Of a DNA stretch of 16,000 bases, positions 1 through 9,881 are shown in pieces. The notes under the pieces are model-generated. The model was given only the letters and a program-made list of their open reading frames with translations, ran no database searches and was not told where the DNA came from. Each line of letters starts with the position of its first letter. The first letter of the stretch is position 1. Origin of the DNA: Eledone cirrhosa (taxonomy: Eukaryota); the NCBI GenBank assembly GCA_964016885.1, contig CAXHJY010001032.1:1-16000 (forward strand). Reading direction: 5' to 3'. Both the position numbers and the translations under genes were made by a program.

Positions 1-365
1 CAAGGAGAGGTAATTTCTAGCCGTCCAAGGGGAGATAATTTCCAGCCGTCCAAGGGGAGATAATTTCCAGCCGTCCAAGGGGAGATAATTTTTTTAAAAA
101 AATCAGGCGGAGATAATTTGTAAAAAAAAAATCAGGGGGAGATAATTTGTAAAAAAAAATCAGTGGGAGATAATTTGTAAAAAAAAATCAGGGGGAGATA
201 ATTTGTAAAAAAAATCAAGGGGAGATAATTTCCAGCCGTGCAAGGGGAGATAATTTCCAGCCGTCCAAGGGGAGATAATTTACATCCTTCCAAGGGGAGA
301 TAATTTCCAGCCGTCCAAGGGGAGATAATTTCCCGCCAGCCAAGGGAAGATAATTTTTAAAAAAA

Positions 366-831
366 TCAGGGGGAGATAATTTGTAAAAAAAAAATCAGGG
401 GGAGATAATTTGTAAAAAAAAATCAAGGGGAGATAATTTGTAAAAAAAATCAGGGGGAGATAATTTGTAAAAAAAATCAGGGGGAGATAATTTGTAAAAA
501 AATCAGGGGGAGATAATTTGTAAAAAAAAAATCAGGGGGAGATAATTTGTAAAAAAAATCAAGGGGAGATAATTTGTAAAAAAAAATCAGGGGGAGATAA
601 TTTGTAAAAAAAATCAGGGGGAGATAATTTGTAAAAAAAATCAGGGGGAGATAATTTGTAAAAAAAATCAGGGGGAGATAATTTGTAAAAAAAATCAGGG
701 GGAGATAATTTGTAAAAAAAATCAGGGGGAGATAATTTGTAAAAAAAAATCAGGGGGAGATAATTTGTAAAAAAAATCAGGGGGAGATAATTTGTAAAAA
801 AAATCAGGGGGAGATAATTTGTAAAAAAAAT
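366..831. repeat. Longest pure type B (poly-A linker) block, about 17 monomers
   Basis: Uninterrupted TCARGGGGAGATAATTTGTA(7-10) units. Equivalent block at about 10247-10712; a related block of about 15 monomers lies at about 8232-8646. Confidence 0.9.
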
Positions 832-1124
832 CAAGGGGAGATAATTTGCAGCCGTCCAAGGGGAGATAATTTTCAGCCGTCCAAGGAGAGGTAATTTCTA
901 GCCGTCCAAGGGGAGATAATTTCCAGCCGTCCAAGGGGAGATAATTTCCAGCCGTCCAAGGGGAGATAATTTTTTTAAAAAAATCAGGCGGAGATAATTT
1001 GTAAAAAAAAAATCAGGGGGAGATAATTTGTAAAAAAAAATCAGTGGGAGATAATTTGTAAAAAAAAATCAGGGGGAGATAATTTGTAAAAAAAAATCAG
1101 GGGGAGATAATTTGTAAAAAAATC

Positions 1125-1380
1125 AAGGGGAGATAATTTCCAGCCGTCCAAGGGGAGATAATTTTCAGCCGTCCAAGGAGAGGTAATTTCTAGCCGTCCA
1201 AGGGGAGATAATTTCCAGCCGTCCAAGGGGAGATAATTTCCAGCCGTCCAAGGGGAGATAATTTCCAGCCGTCCAAGGAGACATATTTTCCAGCCGTCCA
1301 AGGAGAGGTAATTTCTAGCCGTCCAAGGGGAGATAAATTCCTGCCTCCAAGGGGAGATAATTTCCAGCCAGCCAAGGGGA
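1125..1380. repeat. Longest type A (CCAGCCGTC linker) block, about 10 monomers, with rare core variants
   Basis: Continuous 25-bp units including ggagacatattttcc (about 1277) and gataaattcctgcc (about 1332). Copy at about 11006-11261; diverged paralogue at about 6760-6965. Confidence 0.88.
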
Positions 1381-2788
1381 GATAATTTGTAAAAAAATCA
1401 GGGGGAGATAATTTGTAAAAAAAATCAGGGGGAGATAATTTGTAAAAAAAAATCAGGGGGAGATAATTTGTAAAAAAAAATCAGGGAAGATAATTTGTAA
1501 AAAAAATCAGGGGAAGATAATTTGTAAAAAAAATCAAGGGGAGATAATTTCCAGCCGTCCAAGGGGAGATAATTTTCAGCCGTCCAAGGAGAGGTAATTT
1601 CTAGCCGTCCAAGGAGAGATAATTTCCAGCCGTCCAAGGGGAGATAATTTCCAGCCGTCCAAGGGGAGATGATTTTTTAAAAAAAATCAGGCGGAGATAA
1701 GTTGTAAAAAAAAATCAGGGGGAGATAATTTGTAAAAAAAAATCAGGGGGAGATAATTTGTAAAAAAAAATCAGGGGGAGATAATTTGTAAAAAAAATCA
1801 AGGGGAGATAATTTCCAGCCGTCCAAGGGAAGATAATTTCCAGCCCTCCAAGGGGCTATAATTTCCAGCGTCCAAGGGGAGATAATTTCCAGCCAGCGAA
1901 GGGGAGATAATTTTTTAAAAAAAATCACTGGGATATTTGTAAAAAAAATCAGGGGGAGATAATTTGTAAAAAAAATCAAGGGGAGATAATTTCCAGCCGT
2001 CCAAAGAGAGATAATTTCTAGCCGTCCAAGGGGAGATAATTTCCAGCCTTCCAAGGGGAGATAATTTTTTAAAAAATCAGGTGGAGATAATTTGTAAAAA
2101 AAATCAGTGGAGGATAATTTGTAAAAACAAAATCAAGGGCAGATAATTTCCAGCCGTCCAAGGGGAGATAATTTCCCGCCAGCCAAGGGAAGATAATATT
2201 TAAAAAAATCAGGCGGAGATAATTTGTAAAAAAAATCAGGGGGAGATAATTTGTAAAAAAATCAGGGGGAGATAATTTGTAAAAGAAAAATCAGGGGGAG
2301 ATAATTTGTAAAAAAAATCAGGGGGAGATAATTTGTAAAAAAAATCAGGGGTAGATAATTTGTAAAAAAAAATCAGGGGGAGATAATTTGTAAAAAAAAA
2401 TCAGGGGGAGATAATTTGTAAAAAAAATCAAGGGGAGATAATTTGCAGCCGTCCAAGGGGAGATAATTTTCAGCCGTCCAAGGAGAGATAATTTCTAGCC
2501 GTCCAAGGGGAGATAATTTCCAGCCGTCCAAGGGGAGATAATTTCCAGCCGTCCAAGGGGAGATAATTTTTTTTAAAAAATCAAGCGGAGATAATTTGTA
2601 AAAAAAAAATCAGGGGGAGATAATTTGTAAAAAAAAATCAGGGGGAGATAATTTGTAAAAAAAAATCAGGGGGAGATAATTTGTAAAAAAAATCAAGGGG
2701 AGATAATTTCCAGCCGTCCAAGGGAAGATAATTTCCAGCCGTCCAAGGGAAGATAATTTCCAGCCCTCCAAGGGGCTATAATTTCCAG

Positions 2789-4146
2789 CGTCCAAGGGGA
2801 GATAATTTCCAGCCAGCGAAGGGGAGATAATTTTTTTTTTAAAAATCAGGGGGAGATAATTTGTAAAAAAAATCAGGGGGAGATAATTTGTAAAAAAAAA
2901 TCAGGGGGAGATAATTTGTAAAAAAAAATCAGGGGGAGATAATTTGTAAAAAAAATCAAGGGGAGATAATTTCCAGCCGTGCAAGGGAGATAATTTCCAG
3001 CCGTCCAAGGGGAGATAATTTACATCCTTCCAAGGGGAGATAATTTCCAGCCGTCCAAGGGGAGATAATTTCCCGCCAGCCAAGGGAAGATAATTTTTAA
3101 AAAAATCAGGGGGAGATAATTTGTAAAAAAAAAATCAGGGGGAGATAATTTGTAAAAAAAAATCAAGGGGAGATAATTTGTAAAAAAAATCAGGGGGAGA
3201 TAATTTGTAAAAAAAATCAGGGGGAGATAATTTGTAAACAAATCAGGGGGAGATAATTTGTAAAAAAAAAATCAGGGGGAGATAATTTGTAAAAAAAAAT
3301 CAAGGGGAGATAATTTGTAAAAAAAAATCAGGGGGAGATAATTTGTAAAAAAAAATCAGGGGGAGATAATTTGTAAAAAAAATCAAGGGGAGATAATTTG
3401 CAGCCGTCCAAGGGGAGATAATTTTCAGCCGTCCAAGGAGAGATAATTTCTAGCCGTCCAAGGGGAGATAATTTCCAGCCAGCGAAGGGGAGATAATTTT
3501 TTTTTTAAAAATCAGGGGGAGATAATTTGTAAAAAAAATCAGGGGGAGATAATTTGTAAAAAAAAATCAGGGGGAGATAATTTGTAAAAAAAAATCAGGG
3601 GGAGATAATTTGTAAAAAAAATCAAGGGGAGATAATTTCCAGCCGTGCAAGGGAGATAATTTCCAGCCGTCCAAGGGGAGATAATTTACATCCTTCCAAG
3701 GGGAGATAATTTCCAGCCGTCCAAGGGGAGATAATTTCCCGCCAGCCAAGGGAAGATAATTTTTAAAAAAATCAGGGGGAGATAATTTGTAAAAAAAAAA
3801 TCAGGGGGAGATAATTTGTAAAAAAAAATCAAGGGGAGATAATTTGTAAAAAAAATCAGGGGGAGATAATTTGTAAAAAAAATCAGGGGGAGATAATTTG
3901 TAAACAAATCAGGGGGAGATAATTTGTAAAAAAAAAATCAGGGGGAGATAATTTGTAAAAAAAAATCAAGGGGAGATAATTTGTAAAAAAAAATCAGGGG
4001 GAGATAATTTGTAAAAAAAAATCAGGGGGAGATAATTTGTAAAAAAAATCAAGGGGAGATAATTTGCAGCCGTCCAAGGGGAGATAATTTTCAGCCGTCC
4101 AAGGAGAGATAATTTCTAGCCGTCCAAGGGGAGATAATTTCCAGCC
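2789..4146. repeat. Internal tandem duplication with 666-bp period
   Basis: ORF pairs 2901/3567 and 3020/3686 are identical. Private variants taaacaaatc (3235, 3901) and the 3-G gtgcaagggagat (about 2979, 3645) recur at +666. Repeated at about 12670-14027. Confidence 0.93.
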
Positions 4147-4279
4147 GTCCAAGGGGAGATAATTTCCAGCCGTCCAAGGGGAGATAATTTTTTTTAAAAA
4201 ATCAAGCGGAGATAATTTGTAAAAAAAAAATCAGGGGGAGATAATTTGTAAAAAAAAATCAGGGGGAGATAATTTGTAA

Positions 4280-5346
4280 AAAAAAATCAGGGGGAGATAA
4301 TTTGTAAAAAAAATCAAGGGGAGATAATTTCCAGCCGTCCAAGGGAAGATAATTTCCAGCCCTCCAAGGGGCTATAATTTCCAGCGTCCAAGGGGAGATA
4401 ATTTCCAGCCAGCGAAGGGGAGATAATTTTTTTTTTAAAAATCATGCGGGGATAATTTGTAAAAAAAATCAGGGGGAGATAATTTGTAAAAAAAATCAAG
4501 GGGAGATAATTTCCAGCCGTCCAAAGAGAGATAATTTCTAGCCGTCCAAGGGGAGATAATTTCCAGCCGTCCAAGGGGAGATAATTTCCCGCCAGCCAAG
4601 GGAAGATAATTTTTTAAAAAATCAGGCGGAGATTGTAAAAAAAATCAGGGGGAGATAATTTGTAAAAAAATCAGGGGGGGATAATTTGTAAAAAAAAAAT
4701 CAGGGGGAGATAATTTGTAAAAAAAAATCAGAGGGAGATAATTTGTAAAAAAAATCAGGGAGAGATAATTTGTAAAAAAAATCAGGGGTAGATAATTTGT
4801 AAAAAAAATCAGGGGGAGATAATTTGTAAAAAAAAATCAGGGGGAGATAATTTGTAAAAAAAATCAAGGGGAGATAATTTGCAGCCGTCCAAGGGGAGAT
4901 AATTTCCCGCCAGCCAAGGGAAGATAATTTTTTAAAAAATCAGGCGGAGATTGTAAAAAAAATCAGGGGGAGATAATTTGTAAAAAAAATCAAGGGGAGA
5001 TAATTTCCAGCCGTCCAAGGGAAGATAATTTCCAGCCCTCCAAGGGGCTATAATTTCCAGCGTCCAAGGGGAGATAATTTCCAGCCAGCGAAGGGGAGAT
5101 AATTTTTTTTTTAAAAATCATGCGGGGATAATTTGTAAAAAAAATCAGGGGGAGATAATTTGTAAAAAAAATCAAGGGGAGATAATTTCCAGCCGTCCAA
5201 AGAGAGATAATTTCTAGCCGTCCAAGGGGAGATAATTTCCAGCCGTCCAAGGGGAGATAATTTCCCGCCAGCCAAGGGAAGATAATTTTTTAAAAAATCA
5301 GGCGGAGATTGTAAAAAAAATCAGGGGGAGATAATTTGTAAAAAAA
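4280..5346. repeat. Direct duplication of about 390 bp at 676-bp offset (about 4280-4670 and 4956-5346)
   Basis: ORFs 4314 and 4990 are identical. Private variant catgcggggataa occurs at 4443 and 5119. Similarity loses register at an A7 versus A8 tract near 4670/5346. Repeated at about 14161-15227. Confidence 0.9.
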
Positions 5347-7259
5347 ATCAGGGGGAGATAATTTGTAAAAAAAATCAGGGGGAGATAATTTGTAAAAAAA
5401 AATCAGGGGGAGATAATTTGTAAAAAAAAATCAGGGGGAGATAATTTGTAAAAAAATCAGGGGGAGATAATTTGTAAAAAAAATCAGGGGGAGATAATTT
5501 GTAAAAAAAATCAAGGGGAGATAATTTGCAGCCGTCCAAGGGGAGATAATTTTCAGCCGTCCAAGGAGAGGTAATTTCTAGCCGTCCAAGGGGAGATAAT
5601 TTCCAGCCGTCCAAGGGGAGATAATTTCCAGCCGTCCAAGGGGAGATAATTTTTTTTAAAAAATCAGGCGGAGATAATTTGTAAAAAAAAATCAGGGGGA
5701 GATAATTTGTAAAAAAAAATCAGTGGGAGATAATTTGTAAAAAAAAATCAGGGGGAGATAATTTGTAAAAAAAATCAAGGGGAGATAATTTCCAGCCGTC
5801 CAAGGGAAGATAATTTCCAGCCCTCCAAGAGGCTATAATTTCCAGCGTCCAAGGGGAGATAATTTCCAGCCAGCGAAGGGGAGATAATTTTTTTTTAAAA
5901 AATCATGGGGGGATAATTTGTAAAAAAAATCAAGGGGAGATAATTTGCAGCCGTCCAAGGGGAGATAATTTTCAGCCGTCCAAGGAGAGGTAATTTCTAG
6001 CCGTCCAAGGGGAGATAATTTCCAGCCGTCCAAGGGGAGATAATTTCCAGCCGTCCAAGGGGAGATAATTTTTTTAAAAAAATCAGGCGGAGATAATTTG
6101 TAAAAAAAAAATCAGGGGGAGATAATTTGTAAAAAAAAATCAGGGGGAGATAATTTGTAAAAAAAATCAAGGGGAGATAATTTCCAGCCGTCCAAGGGAA
6201 GATAATTTCCAGCCCTCCAAGGGGCTATAATTTCCAGCGTCCAAGGGGAGATAATTTCCAGCCAGCGAAGGGGAGATAATTTTTTTTTTTAAAATCATGG
6301 GGAGATAATTTGTAAAAAAAATCAGGGGGAGATAATTTGTAAAAAAAATCAAGGGGAGATAATTTCCAGCCGTCCAAAGAGAGATAATTTCTAGCCGTCC
6401 AAGGGGAGATAATTTCCAGCCAAGGGGAGATAATTTCCAGCCGTCCATGGGGAGATAATTTTTTAAAAAATCAGGTGGAGATAATTTGTAAAAATAATCA
6501 GGGGAAGATAATTTGTAAAAACAAAATCAAGGGCAGATAATTTCCAGCCGTCCAAGGGGAGATAATTTCCAGCAGTGCAAGGGGAGATAATTTCCAGCCG
6601 TCAAGGGGAGATAATTTCCATCCTTCCAAGGGGAGATAATTTCCCGCCAGCCAAGGAGAGATAATATTTAAAAAAATCAGGCGTAGATAATTTGTAAAAA
6701 AAATCAGGGGGAGATAATTTGTAAAAAAAAAATCAGGGGGAGATAATTTGTAAAAAAATCAAGGGGAGATAATTTCCAGCCGTCCAAGGGGAGATAATTT
6801 TCAGCCGTCCAAGGAGAGGTAATTTCCAGCCGTCCAAGGGGAGATAATTTCCAGCCGTCCAAGGAGACATATTTTCCAGCCGTCCAAGGAGAGGTAATTT
6901 CTAGCCGTCCAAGGGGAGATAAATTCCAGCCTCCAAGGGGAGATAATTTCCAGCCAGCCAAGGGGAGATAATTTGTAAAAAAATCAGGGGCGATAGTTTG
7001 TAAAAAAAATCAGGGGGAGATAATTTGTAAAAAAAAATCAGGGGGAGATTTGTAAAAAAAATCAGAGGGAGATAATTTGTAAAAAAAATCAAAGGGAGAT
7101 AATTTCCAGCCATCCAAAGAGAGATAATTTCTAGCCGTCCAAGGGGAGATAATTTCCAGCCAAGGGGAGATAATTTCCAGCCGTGCAAGGGGAGATAATT
7201 TCCAGCCGTCCAAGGGGAGATAATTTCCATCCTTCCAAGGGGAGATAATTTCCAGCCGT

Positions 7260-8450
7260 CCAAGGGGAGATAATTTCCCGCCAGCCAAGGGAAGATAATT
7301 TTTAAAAAAATCAGGCGGAGATTGTAAAAAAAATCAGGGGGAGATAATTTGTAAAAAAATCAGGGGGAGATAATTTGTAAAAAAAAAATCAGGGGGAGAT
7401 AATTTGTAAAAAAAAATCAGGGGGAGATAATTTGTAAAAAAAAATCAGGGGGAGATAATTTGTAAAAAAAATCAGGGGTAGATAATTTGTAAAAAAAATG
7501 AGGGGGAGATAATTTGTAAAAAAAAATCAGGGGGAGATAATTTGTAAAAAAAATCAAGGGGAGATAATTTGCAGCCGTCCAAGGGGAGATAATTTTCAGC
7601 CGTCCAAGGAGAGATAATTTCTAGCCGTCCAAGGGGAGATAATTTCCAGCCGTCCAAGGGGAGATAATTTCCAGCCGTCCAAGGGGAGATAATTTTTTTT
7701 AAAAAATCAAGCGGAGATAATTTGTAAAAAAAAAATCAGGGGGAGATAATTTGTAAAAAAAAATCAGGGGGAGACAATTTGTAAAAAAAAATCAGGGGGA
7801 GATAATTTGTAAAAAAAATCAAGGGGAGATAATTTCCAGCCGTCCAAGGGAAGATAATTTCCAGCCGTCCAAGGGAAGATAATTTCCAGCCCTCCAAGGG
7901 GCTATAATTTCCAGCGTCCAAGGGGAGATAATTTCCAGCCAGCGAAGGGGAGATAATTTTTTTTTTTTAAATCAGGGGGAGATAATTTGTAAAAAAAATC
8001 AGGGGGAGATAATTTGTAAAAAAAAATCAGGGGGAGATAATTTGTAAAAAAAAATCAGGGGGAGATAATTTGTAAAAAAAATCAAGGGGAGATAATTTCC
8101 AGCCGTGCAAGGGGAGATAATTTCCAGCCGTCCAAGGGGAGATAATTTACATCCTTCCAAGGGGAGATAATTTCCAGCCGTCCAAGGGGAGATAATTTCC
8201 CGCCAGCCAAGGGAAGATAATTTTTAAAAAAATCAGGGGGAGATAATTTGTAAAAAAAAAATCAGGGGGAGATAATTTGTAAAAAAAAATCAAGGGGAGA
8301 TAATTTGTAAAAAAAATCAGGGGGAGATAATTTGTAAAAAAAATCAGGGGGAGATAATTTGTAAAAAAATCAGGGGGAGATAATTTGTAAAAAAAAAATC
8401 AGGGGGAGATAATTTGTAAAAAAAAATCAAGGGGAGATAATTTATTAAAA
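7260..8450. repeat. Slightly diverged paralogue of about 2150-3330 (offset about 5126 bp)
   Basis: ORFs 2610 and 7736 are identical. Shared markers ggggtagat (2352/7479) and tcaagcggag (2581/7707), same cassette order. Differs by scattered substitutions and homopolymer lengths (gagacaatt about 7771, aatgagg about 7499). Boundaries approximate. Confidence 0.82.
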
Positions 8451-9881
8451 AAAATCAGGGGGAGATAATTTGTAAAAAAAATCAGGGGGAGATAATTTGT
8501 AAAAAAAATCAGGGGGAGATAATTTGTAAAAAAAAATCAGGGGGAGATAATTTGTAAAAAAAAATCAGGGGGAGATAATTTGTAAAAAAAATCAGGGGGA
8601 GATAATTTGTAAAAAAAATCAGGGGGAGATAATTTGTAAAAAAAATCAAGGGGAGATAATTTGCAGCCGTCCAAGGGGAGATAATTTTCAGCCGTCCAAG
8701 GAGAGGTAATTTCTAGCCGTCCAAGGGGAGATAATTTCCAGCCGTCCAAGGGGAGATAATTTCCAGCCGTCCAAGGGGAGATAATTTTTTTTTAAAAATC
8801 AGGCGGAGATAATTTGTAAAAAAAAAAATCAGGGGGAGATAATTTGTAAAAAAAAATCAGGGGGAGATAATTTGTAAAAAAAAATCAGGGGGAGATAATT
8901 TGTAAAAAAAATCAAGGGGAGATAATTTCCAGCCGTCCAAGGGGAGATAATTTCCAGCCGTCCAAGGGGAGATAATTTACATCCTTCCAAGGGGAGATAA
9001 TTTCCAGCCGTCCAAGGGGAGATAATTTCCCGCCAGCCAAGGGAAGATAATTTTTAAAAAAATCAGGGGGAGATAATTTGTAAAAAAAAAATCAGGGGGA
9101 GATAATTTGTAAAAAAAAATCAAGGGGAGATAATTTGTAAAAAAAATCAGGGGGAGATAATTTGTAAAAAAAATCAGGGGGAGATAATTTGTAAAAAAAT
9201 CAGGGGGAGATAATTTGTAAAAAAAAAATCAGGGGGAGATAATTTGTAAAAAAAATCAGGGGGAGATAATTTGTAAAAAAAAATCAGGGGGAGATAATTT
9301 GTAAAAAAAATCAAGGGGAGATAATTTCCAGCCGTCCAAGGGAAGATAATTTCCAGCCCTCCAAGGGGCTATAATTTCCAGCGTCCAAGGGGAGATAATT
9401 TCCAGCCAGCGAAGGGGAGATAATTTTTTTTTTAAAAATCATGGGGGGATAATTTGTAAAAAAAATCAAGGGGAGATAATTTGCAGCCGTCCAAGGGGAG
9501 ATAATTTTCAGCCGTCCAAGGAGAGGTAATTTCTAGCCGTCCAAGGGGAGATAATTTCCAGCCGTCCAAGGGGAGATAATTTCCCGCCAGCCAAGGGAAG
9601 ATAATTTTTTAAAAAATCAGGCGGAGATTGTAAAAAAAATCAGGGGGAGATAATTTGTAAAAAAAATCAGGGGGAGATAATTTGTAAAAAAAATCAGGGG
9701 GAGATAATTTGTAAAAAAAAATCAGGGGGAGATAATTTGTAAAAAAAAATCAGGGGGAGATAATTTGTAAAAAAATTCAGGGGGAGATAATTTGTAAAAA
9801 AAATCAGGGGGAGATAATTTGTAAAAAAAATCAAGGGGAGATAATTTGCAGCCGTCCAAGGGGAGATAATTTTCAGCCGTC

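Larger units (their letters stand above)
1..9881. repeat. Higher-order repeat unit, one full 9881-bp period (phase set arbitrarily by window start)
   Basis: Position 9882 resumes with caaggagaggtaatttctag, as at position 1. All 15 ORF-track entries starting at 559-5833 recur with identical translation at exactly +9881 (559/10440, 1743/11624, 5833/15714). Confidence 0.97.

Noticed and set aside
76-110. Shine-Dalgarno-like GGAG/AAGGAG, GATAAT -10-like hexamers and T runs as terminators
   Set aside because: Incidental to the monomer: no downstream ORF on the + strand, no -35 element, and no GC-rich stem before the T runs.
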